A stretch of 64,000 nucleotides of DNA. It comes from a virus. Of this stretch, positions 18,098-27,956 are shown piece after piece. The notes below the pieces were generated by a model, which was not told where the DNA came from, did no database searches, and saw only the letters and a program-made list of their open reading frames with translations. The first letter of the stretch is position 1; the number at the start of each line of letters is the position of its first letter. The position numbers were made by a program, and so were the translations under genes. Location: IMG/VR virus record IMGVR_UViG_3300037483_000286, positions 1,220 through 65,219 of that record, one strand, 5' to 3'.

Positions 18098-20326
18098 TCA
18101 AGTAGGCGCTTCAGGACTGGCTTCGCCAAGTCCTGTGATGCTGTTAATGCCTACGACATGGACTGTCAGTGCAGGCGGGCAAGCGTTCCGAACGTAAGTC
18201 GTGATATCAGGGCCTACGTCGAACTCCGCAGCGTCACTGAACACGACCCTGAATCCTGTGAAATACTGGCTGTTATGCGGAGCGATCTCAACACCTAAGC
18301 GTGGACGAGGAATCCAAGTGACAGTGACATTATCACTAATGTCACGAGCCGCATTCACATCGCCAGGAGGCCATTCGAGCTGACTGTACCCCACGTCGAA
18401 GTCGTAGGACGTTGGGGTCGCTTCGTCGTCGCTTACACCGAACGACACAGGCTTGAACCATATCTCCATTCCCAGCATCCACTGCTGGGCTTGCAAGAAT
18501 ATGATAGCAGAGTCAAGCACTATGAATCGAGTGCTTATAGGCCAGGCTGCAGGATCTGTGTTATAACGTCCACGAATCAAATTGCTCAAGCGATACTGAC
18601 CCACACCTATCGGAGTAGCGATTTGATATTGGAATATCTCATCACCTATCATCGCTCGATTTCCATTGTTCAGCAGCTCCGCTTCAGTGATGGACTCCAG
18701 AGCGAAGTTACTTGTAACGTCCAATGTCTGAACTGAAGGATATTCCGAGCTCACCTCTGCAAGCAATGCAGTCAGGCTGTCGCCCAACGTCGCAGGCACT
18801 TCACTGCGGAAGGCTTCAGTATACGTGACTCCGTCCGTGCTGAACTGCACTGCCGCTCCAAACCAGGCCTCTGTTCCACCTGCGATAGCGACGTACACTC
18901 CAAGCTCATCGTCCTGATCGCGCAGTACGGAGATATTCAGTATCTCTAGACGCGTATCGCCTACAAGTCCAGGGGACGAGGATTCAGGATACGGCAAGGA
19001 CAAGCCTGTAGCAGAGCTGTCGTAGACGTCAATACCGCCGTCCTGCTTACCTTCGAACTTCAGAACCCCTGTGTCCTCGTTCTTGTCCGTGATGCGTATG
19101 CGATGCGTGGATCCGTCCCTCGCAAAGAAATTGAACACGTCACCAGGCACTAGATGACTATAGCCGATCGGGAGGCTCCACACGTACTCAAGCAGTTCAT
19201 ACCACGCCATTTTCAGTGTGCGCAATGCAATCTCAGCAGCCTGGTCCGCTTCCAACACCAGTGTCGCTTCAAGGTTAAGGTTCGCCTTAGCCTTGATCAG
19301 ATTAGACTTACGTTCAGCGACCTGTTTATTCCGTGTATAGTTGCCTGCAGGATCCAAGTGCGACACGTTCACGATCTTCGGCAGCTTGGATGTGTCAACA
19401 ATCTTTTGCTTCATTGGGTCCGAAGCGTTATCTGTCCCCACTAACTCACTGTAGTGAATTCCGATAACCACATCCCGACCGCGCTTGTAGAAGTGCAGCT
19501 TGCGATCGAACTCCGTAGGATCGAAGAAATAAAACTGGCTCAATGGAGCGAGGAACGTGTCGACGCCGTTGTCCTTGTTGATCATGTATCCATGCACGAA
19601 GTCCTCATACAGCTCCGATACGTCAATCGCTGCAGGAGGCAACCCAGCACGAATGCATAAGTCATAGACGACGTCAGCAAGGAACGGGGAGGAAATCTCT
19701 AGGAACGCAGGACCAGAAGTGACAGCGGCATTATGAAGCTGCCACTGCAGCCGCCAGATATTGTTCATCACAAGGTAGACGACTTCTGCGTTAGGCCCTA
19801 CTGTCGCTATCGTGTATTCATCGTCAAACCTATCCCTTAATTGTCTCATGTACAGAGTAGAACCTCTGCAGTACATCAAAACAATGTCCGAACTTCCTGT
19901 CTGAGTCGGCCTGTGGTCATCAAGTGTGCAGCGAGGAGTCCGTGAGGTAGCAGGAAGATTCTCGGTCACGAATGCAGGTAACGTAGAATCGTACCATCGA
20001 AACTTCGCTTGTCCTGCTTGCATGTAAGTGACAAACGGCTGCATGTTTTGATCAAATGCTAAATCAATTTCAGTAATGTCTGTTCCAGTGATCAAAATCG
20101 TATCAGCTATTCCTGGCGCAGACACAATCACATTCTGATCATCCGTGTCTGGAATATTCTCCAGTCGCAAAGTCCACAATTTAACCTGCAAGCCTAGACT
20201 TGCATCGTTCAGCGCTGTTCCTCCCATCTCATAGGCTATTCCCTTGTCTATGATTCCGGGCCTCTTCACTGGAAAGGTCGGCGCAGCGAAGTGCGCTATC
20301 GTAGAGGCCACCAAGTCAGGCATCAT
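18098..20326 (-). CDS. tail tip hub / gpJ-like protein, C-terminal part fused to an extra N-terminal domain
   Basis: LADVVYDLCIRAG...IDVSEL..VHGY...L...YFFD.TE.D.KLHF.KRG, HLVPGDV, L.RGRYNT.P..W. Confidence 0.75.
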   Translation of the reverse strand: MMPDLVASTIAHFAAPTFPVKRPGIIDKGIAYEMGGTALNDASLGLQVKLWTLRLENIPDTDDQNVIVSAPGIADTILITGTDITEIDLAFDQNMQPFVTYMQAGQAKFRWYDSTLPAFVTENLPATSRTPRCTLDDHRPTQTGSSDIVLMYCRGSTLYMRQLRDRFDDEYTIATVGPNAEVVYLVMNNIWRLQWQLHNAAVTSGPAFLEISSPFLADVVYDLCIRAGLPPAAIDVSELYEDFVHGYMINKDNGVDTFLAPLSQFYFFDPTEFDRKLHFYKRGRDVVIGIHYSELVGTDNASDPMKQKIVDTSKLPKIVNVSHLDPAGNYTRNKQVAERKSNLIKAKANLNLEATLVLEADQAAEIALRTLKMAWYELLEYVWSLPIGYSHLVPGDVFNFFARDGSTHRIRITDKNEDTGVLKFEGKQDGGIDVYDSSATGLSLPYPESSSPGLVGDTRLEILNISVLRDQDDELGVYVAIAGGTEAWFGAAVQFSTDGVTYTEAFRSEVPATLGDSLTALLAEVSSEYPSVQTLDVTSNFALESITEAELLNNGNRAMIGDEIFQYQIATPIGVGQYRLSNLIRGRYNTDPAAWPISTRFIVLDSAIIFLQAQQWMLGMEIWFKPVSFGVSDDEATPTSYDFDVGYSQLEWPPGDVNAARDISDNVTVTWIPRPRLGVEIAPHNSQYFTGFRVVFSDAAEFDVGPDITTYVRNACPPALTVHVVGINSITGLGEASPEAPT

Positions 20327-20338
20327 AATAGATAGCCC

Positions 20339-21316
20339 TCAAGGAGGAGTGAAGCGTGCCCAGCTGGTTTCGACGTACAGGCTCAAAACTTGCACGTTGG
20401 TTTTCGTTATAACTGGATCCATGCTGAATTGAAACATATTAAGGCCAATGCCGAAAGCATGCGAAGTCGTTCTGAAAATAACAGACTGAACATTTCCGTT
20501 GGCTTGGGTAGTACCAAATGTAAGAGTCGCCCCTCGTGCAAAACTCCCCGTCACGTAGGATGCTAGGGATCTCGACGCGAACCCAAGCTGGCCGCTTGGA
20601 AATTCAGTGACTGCAGCAAGTGCGCCGCTGTATGCAGTCGCTGCGTTACTGCTGTCTCCCGCTGCAATATAACCTCCGTATATCGGACCTGTCTCGTTAC
20701 AATCCCATTGATCTACGTTAGCGGTTCTAAGAACCACGTCACGAGTAACCCCTGCTATTAAAACGCTGTCAGTCCAGTCTACGAGATTCGGGTACAACCT
20801 GAATGTGTATGTGGCATCTAGTATCTCGTCTGCATCCCAAACAAAAGTCGTGGGCGAACCTCCTCCGTCCACGATCAACGCTCGTGACCATAGTGTGGCG
20901 CCGTCGTAAGCTCCAATCTCCTGTAGGTTGTGCGAGACTCCTGGCGCAGGAAAACGTCGGGTAATTGAAGAGTGGCAGTAGCGTTCCGCACCAACATTCG
21001 ATCCACCAGAAGTGCTCTGCGTCGAAGTCGACGATGCGACTTGTGTCTGTAAGGCAGTATCTGAAACTAGAGGTGCTGCGTTCCCCGTTCCAACAACCAT
21101 GCCATCGACATTGCGAGTTCCAGTGGCGAACGCATCTAATATCGCATCCGTGATCAAGTTCGGAAATTCACCCGAATCGCGGATGACTCGCCCATATCTA
21201 TTCTTCGTCTGCAAACGAAAGAACCCTTGCACGCCCTGGCGCGCCTTGAACGGATCACGAGGCTCGATAATCTTGCAACGTGGGATCCACAGGTGCGGCG
21301 CTTGAATTTCACTCAT
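20339..21316 (-). CDS. putative virion tail protein
   Basis: Thr/Gly-rich beta-type sequence (PNLITD...VGTGNAAP...DTAL, NLQEIG) inside the tail-tip operon. Confidence 0.6.
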   Translation of the reverse strand: MSEIQAPHLWIPRCKIIEPRDPFKARQGVQGFFRLQTKNRYGRVIRDSGEFPNLITDAILDAFATGTRNVDGMVVGTGNAAPLVSDTALQTQVASSTSTQSTSGGSNVGAERYCHSSITRRFPAPGVSHNLQEIGAYDGATLWSRALIVDGGGSPTTFVWDADEILDATYTFRLYPNLVDWTDSVLIAGVTRDVVLRTANVDQWDCNETGPIYGGYIAAGDSSNAATAYSGALAAVTEFPSGQLGFASRSLASYVTGSFARGATLTFGTTQANGNVQSVIFRTTSHAFGIGLNMFQFSMDPVITKTNVQVLSLYVETSWARFTPP

Positions 21317-22224
21317 GTCAAATCTCCACCAGTAACAATTGCAGTGTGAGTTATAGATTCAAATGGCCAAATGTCATAAGTAACGCCGTCACCATACAAA
21401 TCACCGCCCAATACAGTTGAAGTCTGCGTGATGGACTCCGGAAGTGCGTCATCATAAACGACACCACTACCGTATATGTCTCCACCAAGAACAGTTCCGG
21501 TCTGCGTGATAGACTCGAATGGCCACAGGGTGTAGGTCACGCCTGCTCCATACAAATCACCACCTGAAACAGTCGCGTTCTGTACGATTGGCTCGAACGG
21601 AATGTTCGAGAAAAACTTCCCGCCCGTTACAGCTCCGAACTGAGTCAGCGCATCATCCATCTCGATCGGATACGGCCTCGACGTCATGTACACTGCTGGA
21701 GGCGACGCTATGATAATCGCTTGGTACGAAGGCACAGCTCCTGAGTTATCAGTTACGTCATCGTTCTCCAGCACAATATACGCAAGATCACGATGACCGG
21801 AAACCTGCCCCACTCCCTTCACAGCTTCGATCGTAGAATCAGGCATCTGATCGCGCGTGCCGAAGTACAGTGCTGCCTTCTGCACCCACTTCGCTGCGAA
21901 GGCTTGGTCCTCAACACTCGTCCTTGGGTCCGTAGTGTAAACCACTTTGCCGTTACGCGTTATTGTCAGGTAGCCGTAAATCATACCCTGACAAAAGGCT
22001 ACTCCATAGCTGCGAGTGTAGGTGTACGACTCCGTTTTGACTCCACCCTTACCCTGTTTCTTCTTAGTGACGTGCGTGACAACCTTGTCAACGAATATCA
22101 CATTGCCTTCGACAGTAATCACACCATAGCCAAAGGGAATCGGAATACCGACCGCGCCAGTTTGCTGCGCGAACTCAGTAAGCTGATTTCCTTTGATTGT
22201 GATGGAGCCAAATAGGCCGCTCAT
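21313..22224 (-). CDS. tail tip hub / gpJ-like protein, N-terminal part, with repeated C-terminus
   Basis: GIPIPFGYG, KGGVKTESYTYTRSYGVAFCQG, YFGT.DQMPD..IEA.KG...G.R.LAYIV; four or five 25-26-aa C-terminal repeats. Confidence 0.75.
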   Translation of the reverse strand: MSGLFGSITIKGNQLTEFAQQTGAVGIPIPFGYGVITVEGNVIFVDKVVTHVTKKKQGKGGVKTESYTYTRSYGVAFCQGMIYGYLTITRNGKVVYTTDPRTSVEDQAFAAKWVQKAALYFGTRDQMPDSTIEAVKGVGQVSGHRDLAYIVLENDDVTDNSGAVPSYQAIIIASPPAVYMTSRPYPIEMDDALTQFGAVTGGKFFSNIPFEPIVQNATVSGGDLYGAGVTYTLWPFESITQTGTVLGGDIYGSGVVYDDALPESITQTSTVLGGDLYGDGVTYDIWPFESITHTAIVTGGDLT

Positions 22225-22640
22225 GGTCTATACACCCTGCGAATACGACGCAGCCACTTTTGGTCTAGAATGTGTTCAGTGACTTTTCCAACATTCGAGT
22301 CCGTGTGAATGATACTAAGGTGTCCAGCGTATGCAGGATGATCCGCGATCAAAGCCACATGACGGACATGCTTGGCATAGGCCATGGCAACGATGTCACC
22401 CGCTAGCAAATCCGAACGCTGTACTCCAGCGGCGCACACTATAACAGGTAGTCCTACGATTCGATCTAGATTTTTCTCCAGTTCATTGTTGTACGGATCA
22501 CGTGGATAGAAAGGAAGTTTCTCCATGGGGTATGACTGCGAATAGGCAATCAAGCCTATGCAGTCCATGCCAAACTGGTTCCTTCCTAGATGAAGGAACG
22601 GGACCCCTAGCAGCTCGCGCGCTAAGTCTATAGAGCTCAT
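22221..22640 (-). CDS. NlpC/P60-family tail-associated peptidase
   Basis: GVPFLHLGR...GMDCIGLI, GDIV, HVALI, IIH (Cys-His dyad). Confidence 0.88.
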   Translation of the reverse strand: MSSIDLARELLGVPFLHLGRNQFGMDCIGLIAYSQSYPMEKLPFYPRDPYNNELEKNLDRIVGLPVIVCAAGVQRSDLLAGDIVAMAYAKHVRHVALIADHPAYAGHLSIIHTDSNVGKVTEHILDQKWLRRIRRVYRP

Positions 22641-23524
22641 TGCGCCCCCACAGACTTAACTTGAGCGCCAGGAACCATCAACGCCTTCTCCTGCACAGGC
22701 GCCAAGTGTTCAGCACGCATGTTGAGAATGTTGCCGTATGCCAAGCAAGCGGCTTCAGTCTTTAGGCAGTCCTGGCGTATACGTAGCGTATCACCTATTT
22801 CAACAGGATACGGAGTCAAGAAACTGAGCTTGATTGCACCTGTGGTTAACCATGTTTCTACCTCCAGAACAGCACCTGCGTTCTGCCCAGTGAGGAATTC
22901 AATCACACCAAGGTTGAAAAATCCATCCGCTTGTGCAACACCTGTGATCGTAAATACGAGATGCGGATTATCAGTAACCACACTCACAGTGCCGGTCTGC
23001 CAAACGAAAGGCATTCCGCAGCGCTCATCGCCGAACGCTGCACGACACGTCAGCGAATACAAAGGAACAGTCTTATTCTGCAGAGTCTGTGTAAGCCCAC
23101 GATATTCGACTTTGCGCTTACCGTCTCCGTCCTGTGAAAAACTGATTTCACCTACGGTTCCATACCCAACAACCTCTACGCCTAAATCCTTGCGCAGGTA
23201 CATGATGCGATAAATCGTCAGCTCCGCTGAATCCCAACGTCCAGCGAGCGCAATCTGCTCAGTGACGTCTTCCAGCCAGCCGTCCAGTTCAGTGTTGTCC
23301 GCTGCGTAGGACGCCTCCTGCTGGATGTTCTGCGGACTTAACTCCTGCCGACTGTCATACACAACATTGTGAATGCCGTCGTTGAATGTAACGTCTGTAT
23401 CAAGCGTAGTAAAACCATAGACCGCGTCGTCGCTGGCAACGATCTTAATGAGGAAACAAGTAGAAGTTCCCGGCTTTCTAAGCGCTTCCTGAAAATTGCC
23501 AGGAGTCTGCTTCATTCTTCCCAA
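22637..23524 (-). CDS. DUF2163/BR0599-type baseplate hub protein
   Basis: GFTTLDTDV, YSLTCRAAFGDERC, GDTLRIRQDCLKT..C..YGNILN. Confidence 0.85.
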   Translation of the reverse strand: MGRMKQTPGNFQEALRKPGTSTCFLIKIVASDDAVYGFTTLDTDVTFNDGIHNVVYDSRQELSPQNIQQEASYAADNTELDGWLEDVTEQIALAGRWDSAELTIYRIMYLRKDLGVEVVGYGTVGEISFSQDGDGKRKVEYRGLTQTLQNKTVPLYSLTCRAAFGDERCGMPFVWQTGTVSVVTDNPHLVFTITGVAQADGFFNLGVIEFLTGQNAGAVLEVETWLTTGAIKLSFLTPYPVEIGDTLRIRQDCLKTEAACLAYGNILNMRAEHLAPVQEKALMVPGAQVKSVGAQ

Positions 23525-24138
23525 CTATCCGGAACATTGGTCGCAGTGATACGGCGCTTGTCCTCTTGCAGCTCCACATTGGACGTCGACGCTCGCCAGC
23601 TGTTGATTGTGAACGCATTGTAGTCGTCCTGAAAGCGAACCCAGACATAGAACTCGCCTGTCCATGTGTAAGGAGTCGCTGCCCAGTTCGCAGCAGGCGT
23701 GAACATCCCTAGTTCAGTGTTCAACGTACCTGCAACAGTGGCTCCCACATTATCCTTAACCACAGTGTCTTCGCTGACAGCCTGGATCGGACGAATGGTA
23801 AACGCCTCGCCAAACGCGTATGTCTTGTACAGTTGAATTGGATTCATCGTTCCAGCTGCCACGAGCACAGGCTCGTCCACTACGACGTAATCATTCCAAT
23901 CCTTGAACTTGAACGCGTGTCTGCGTCCACGTACTGCGTGAAATATCTCGATGACTGCTTCTTTCGGAGCGTCGTCCATGTTATCAAACGAAGCGGAGTA
24001 CTTATGACGCGGGTAGATCCATTTACTGTCCCTCTGCTCCAGGCTATTGTCCAAGTCAACAATCGTAGTATTGTACTCAGGCCCACCCTCGAAGCCGTAC
24101 GCGACTTCTTCGTCCAATAGTTGGTTGATGTAGCCCAT
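23512..24138 (-). CDS. DUF2460 distal tail protein
   Basis: YGFEGGPEYNT.I, F..VRGR..AFKFKDW.DY, GEFYVWVRF.DD. Confidence 0.88.
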   Translation of the reverse strand: MGYINQLLDEEVAYGFEGGPEYNTTIVDLDNSLEQRDSKWIYPRHKYSASFDNMDDAPKEAVIEIFHAVRGRRHAFKFKDWNDYVVVDEPVLVAAGTMNPIQLYKTYAFGEAFTIRPIQAVSEDTVVKDNVGATVAGTLNTELGMFTPAANWAATPYTWTGEFYVWVRFQDDYNAFTINSWRASTSNVELQEDKRRITATNVPDSWEE

Positions 24139-26654
24139 TAGCTGACCCTCACGCTGCCGCTCTTATTGAACTCCCTTTGTGCGGCTTTCCGCTGCGCACG
24201 AGCCAACTGATCGTTAGTTCGGCGGTCAGGACGACCTTGTAGCACCATCGTCAAATTCTGCGTCACATTCCCGCGTGCGCGTTGCTGCGGATCTTCCATC
24301 AACTGGTCAGCACGGGCCAACGCGCGTGCCTGCTGCGGAGTATTGATCTGGACTTGCTCTCCTGGCGTCGCACGGAATGCAACATTCTGTGAGTCTATTC
24401 CTCCGTTTCCGCCCACTGTGAACGAACCACCTGTAGCGAAGCCCACAGGCTGCGAGCGGATGCGCGCGACGTTGTTTAAACCCACTGCTATAGCTGCTGC
24501 CGCAGCCGCAGCGCCCAGGAACGGGCCCACGAAGGGGATAGGGGCCATGGCAGCGAACGCGCCTGTAGCAGCCGTATACGTGTTTATAATAGCTTGCGCA
24601 ATTGCAGCCGCTTTTCCGATGGCCGCTGCTTTGCCGAACTCCTGTCCCTGCAATTGTGACAATTGACCGAAGAACGTCTGGGCTGTGGCCAGTTTCGCCT
24701 CCTGCTCCTGCCGCCAAATTTCCACTTTCATGGCCATGGCAGTCTGCTCACTAATGAGGTCCAGTTCCCTCATCATGGCGACTTGCTCATACATCAAACG
24801 GAAGCCTTCCATTCGAGCGTCTAACTGCTCCTGGGTATTCGCAAATAAGTCAGGATTCTGCTGCGCGAGTGCATTCGTCGCGTCTGCTTTCGTGAATCCA
24901 CTATTCGGGTCCGCCAGCAGCTTGCTGATCTCCTCCATTTGTAAGACCTGTGCCCTACGAGCATCAACAGAATTGGCCAGCAACTGATCTTGAATCTGCT
25001 GCTGTTCGTTGTTCGCTTGCAAGGCTCCCAGACGCTCGCGCAAGGCACGCGTTTCATCATCCGTGAGAGAAATGTTCTGCGTCAGTAAGTCCTTAGTGAT
25101 CGCAAGAAGCTGCGATTCAATCTCACGTTCCTTCGAACCCATACCTGCAAGTCGAATCTCTTCTTCCAGTTCCTTGTTCAGCTTACCTAGAGGATCAAGA
25201 ATATCTTGATATACTGCAGCTAAACGCTGCGTCTGGCTAATCAATTGCTCATCTGTGAGCAATCCCTTCGCATGGGCCTTCACCAGTACTTCCGCAGCCT
25301 TCGCGTACTCGAGCGTGGCACCCTGCAGAGGATCAATCTGGTTCAATACACCTATGAGCGCGTTGCGTACTTTGTCCAGCTCGCGTTGCTGCTTCTTTAG
25401 CTCCGCTTCGCTTGGGCCAGCGGCAGCTCTAGCTGGACCAGCTTGATCACTAACCTGCCCTACGACTCCACCGCTACGATCTTGAATGTCACGAGCACCC
25501 TTGTCCCAAATTTTTACCATCTTCTCGATAGTCTGGCTTGTACCATCTACGAGGTCGCGGTAGAGATCCTTCGTTCCATCCACGAGTCCGCTCATGTTAT
25601 CAACAAAACTCGTTTTCAGTATCCTGCCTGCCTCTACGAAATCTCCGCTCACAAATGCAGCAATGGCCGCAGCAATGGCGCCAATGCTCTGGCCAACAGT
25701 CTTGAACGATCCTACGACGACCGTGTAAATGATTTTCGCAACACCGGCCAGCACGCTGCCAACAGTCAAGAATATGGACGCGAATACCTTACCTGCGTCG
25801 CTCATCTCGTCCATTGGATCCAACGAACCCTTCAACGCACGAATGAAGTTCTGCAGCTCCGGTGTCAACTCTTTGAGCAGTTTCGTAACGGAACCCAACC
25901 CCTCACCTAAGAAGCTACTAGCGCCCGCAGTAGTGTCTAACACTCCTACAGTCTCGAGTAACTGATTCTTCAACAGGACGAAGCCTTCTGCTGCGGTCGG
26001 AGCAACCTTCGCGAACTTCTCATCGAGTTCGACGCGTGCTTCACGGAACGCTGTGAGGATAGTGTCCGCACTGATCTTGCCCTCTGCACCTAGCTGGCGC
26101 AGCTCCCCGCGAGTGATACCCAGCGACTTGGCAATCACGTCTGCAACTGCGGGCAGGTTCTCCAGTACCGAGTTGAGCTCGTCTCCGCGCAACGTACCGG
26201 ACGCCAAACCTTGTCCCAACTGCCGTAAGCCGCCTTCAGCTTCAGCGGCAGTCGCGCCAGAGATTTTAATCGCCTTATTCAACGACTCCGTGAACTGCAA
26301 GACTTCTTTCTGCGATATCCCTAATTCTTTTGTGGCAGTTGAAACCTTGGAATATAGTTCAGCATTGGCTTCGAGAGAACTCCTTGTCCTAGTACTGATT
26401 CGTTGCAGCTCATTGAAAACTGCATTCAGGTTGCTCTGATCCGTAGTGGTCAGGCGCAGCCTGTTTTGGATATTCGTGTAGGCGTCTGCAAGCTGGCGAA
26501 GCTGGTTGATAACCACACCCAATGCGATGCCCGCGAACGCTTTCTTGATTAAGCCAGCAGCGCTCTCACCCGTCTTGCCAATGCCTTCCATGTTGCGTTT
26601 GACAACGCGAGACCCGTCTTCACGGATGACGATATTTAGGGTTTCTGTGGCCAT
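24138..26654 (-). CDS. tape measure protein (838 aa)
   Basis: tape_meas N-terminal pattern (QLGQGLASGTLRGDELNSVLEN), Ala-rich helical body, GFATGGSFTVGG. Confidence 0.95.
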   Translation of the reverse strand: MATETLNIVIREDGSRVVKRNMEGIGKTGESAAGLIKKAFAGIALGVVINQLRQLADAYTNIQNRLRLTTTDQSNLNAVFNELQRISTRTRSSLEANAELYSKVSTATKELGISQKEVLQFTESLNKAIKISGATAAEAEGGLRQLGQGLASGTLRGDELNSVLENLPAVADVIAKSLGITRGELRQLGAEGKISADTILTAFREARVELDEKFAKVAPTAAEGFVLLKNQLLETVGVLDTTAGASSFLGEGLGSVTKLLKELTPELQNFIRALKGSLDPMDEMSDAGKVFASIFLTVGSVLAGVAKIIYTVVVGSFKTVGQSIGAIAAAIAAFVSGDFVEAGRILKTSFVDNMSGLVDGTKDLYRDLVDGTSQTIEKMVKIWDKGARDIQDRSGGVVGQVSDQAGPARAAAGPSEAELKKQQRELDKVRNALIGVLNQIDPLQGATLEYAKAAEVLVKAHAKGLLTDEQLISQTQRLAAVYQDILDPLGKLNKELEEEIRLAGMGSKEREIESQLLAITKDLLTQNISLTDDETRALRERLGALQANNEQQQIQDQLLANSVDARRAQVLQMEEISKLLADPNSGFTKADATNALAQQNPDLFANTQEQLDARMEGFRLMYEQVAMMRELDLISEQTAMAMKVEIWRQEQEAKLATAQTFFGQLSQLQGQEFGKAAAIGKAAAIAQAIINTYTAATGAFAAMAPIPFVGPFLGAAAAAAAIAVGLNNVARIRSQPVGFATGGSFTVGGNGGIDSQNVAFRATPGEQVQINTPQQARALARADQLMEDPQQRARGNVTQNLTMVLQGRPDRRTNDQLARAQRKAAQREFNKSGSVRVS

Positions 26655-27085
26655 CAGTCTTCTGTCTTTCCGGTCCTGCTCAGTAGCTTGGCACCTTTAA
26701 CCTGCGATATTCCTACCAGTACAGCTTCCTCTACGAACCCTGCAGGAGCCTGCGCACTGTGGCCCTCATTCAACCTGCCTATATAAGGCAGGTTGTTCGT
26801 GATATTGATACTTGCTCCTGGCGTTCCTCCTTCGTAACGTGAAATGACGTCTTTACCCTTGTTGATAGCAGCACCCGCCTCCATGGCCTCTACTGTCCCC
26901 ACTGCAGGCTTGTTCAATTCAACTTGCCAGTTACTGCGAGCTCTGCCAGTATCCACTGGCGTTGCAAGCACAACAGTCGCGTCAATCTTCAGTGCGACTT
27001 TACGGACTAGCTTGTCCGCGTTGTCTTCAACATTCTTGCCCCGCTGGGCCATGTTCCTGCTGAATTGACGCGGAGTAGCCATCAC
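26654..27085 (-). CDS. HK97 gp10-like tail completion protein
   Basis: TPVDTGRARSNW...NNLPYI.RLNEG.S.QAP.GFV. Confidence 0.85.
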   Translation of the reverse strand: MMATPRQFSRNMAQRGKNVEDNADKLVRKVALKIDATVVLATPVDTGRARSNWQVELNKPAVGTVEAMEAGAAINKGKDVISRYEGGTPGASINITNNLPYIGRLNEGHSAQAPAGFVEEAVLVGISQVKGAKLLSRTGKTED

Positions 27086-27432
27086 CTCTTCCTTGCCGCT
27101 TTCTTCGGCACCGACTTCGATAAAGATTCTTTGAGCTTCTTAGCCTTGAACTCCAAGTGTGTAGCGTCAAGGTGGCTTGTGAAATAAATCAAGTCCTCCC
27201 GCTGCTCACCATGAATTTCAACCTTGTCCGCATATTCAGAGATTGACAACCAGCTAATGGGTCCCTCTCCTCCTTGCCGACACGAGCTCAAATCTAAATA
27301 CGCCGAATAATACATCTCCAATCCTAGGAGAAGCTCTGGAGCGTTTTGAATCCTATCCGGCAGTGGTTGTCGGTCCCGATATGCCGTTTGGATGATCGCT
27401 TTTTCCGTAGGTCCCTGCTCCAGATAATACAA
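27082..27432 (-). CDS. tail assembly chaperone, -1 frameshift extension (gpT-like)
   Basis: in the -1 frame of the upstream chaperone after A AAA AAC; only a TTG start without RBS. Confidence 0.8.
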   Translation of the reverse strand: MYYLEQGPTEKAIIQTAYRDRQPLPDRIQNAPELLLGLEMYYSAYLDLSSCRQGGEGPISWLSISEYADKVEIHGEQREDLIYFTSHLDATHLEFKAKKLKESLSKSVPKKAARKR

Positions 27433-27443
27433 CAGGACCTCTG

Positions 27444-27890
27444 TCAGTTTTTTAGGTCGTCCTCCCGCACAGCGAAGCGGAACAAAGCAGCTTTCGCAGC
27501 CTGTTCCTGAATGTCCATGTACAAGTCGGGAAGATGGCTGAAGAGTTTCAGCGCATTATCACGAGAGAAGGGAAGCGGCTGCCGATCCTTGTCCGTGACA
27601 TTTTCCCACCCAAGGATAACAGTGTCAACGACTGCCTGTTTCGTGATGTCCCGAAGTGTCGCGGCATCCAATGCATCGTTCTGAATCGCGCGCCGATGCT
27701 TCTTGGAAAGGATTTCAATGCGCTTGTTGAAAGCGTCGTTAGATCCGCCAGCTCGCGCCACGCGAATCATAATGGACGGGCGCTGGCCTGTGGCAGGATC
27801 CGCAGGCAGATGCTTGTTCTGGCCGTAGTCGAGCAGGATTCCTTCCCTCTCGAGCTTCGGATCCGTTTCGAACTGGTCGAATAGACTCAT
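27444..27890 (-). CDS. tail assembly chaperone (gpG-like)
   Basis: start moved to ATG 27890 (AAGGTGG RBS); lies between the major tail and tape measure genes; ILGWENV. Confidence 0.85.
   Translation of the reverse strand: MSLFDQFETDPKLEREGILLDYGQNKHLPADPATGQRPSIMIRVARAGGSNDAFNKRIEILSKKHRRAIQNDALDAATLRDITKQAVVDTVILGWENVTDKDRQPLPFSRDNALKLFSHLPDLYMDIQEQAAKAALFRFAVREDDLKN
27447..27453 (-). promoter_or_regulatory. programmed -1 ribosomal frameshift site A AAA AAC
   Basis: CTA AAA AAC TGA at the chaperone end; -1 slip reads LKKLTEVLLYYLEQGP into 27082-27432. Confidence 0.85.
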
Positions 27891-27919
27891 GAGCCACCTT
27901 GAAAGTAGTGTTTGATAGA

Positions 27920-27943
27920 CGCAAGGGCACAAATGCCCTTGCG
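27920..27943 (-). terminator. 10-bp hairpin after the major tail gene
   Basis: CGCAAGGGCA / TGCCCTTGCG with 4-nt loop; weak U-tract. Confidence 0.55.
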
Positions 27944-27956
27944 CCACATACTACGT

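Noticed and set aside
15189-22224. Diversity-generating retroelement or invertible tail-fibre switch
   Set aside because: No reverse transcriptase, template repeat, invertase or long inverted repeats seen
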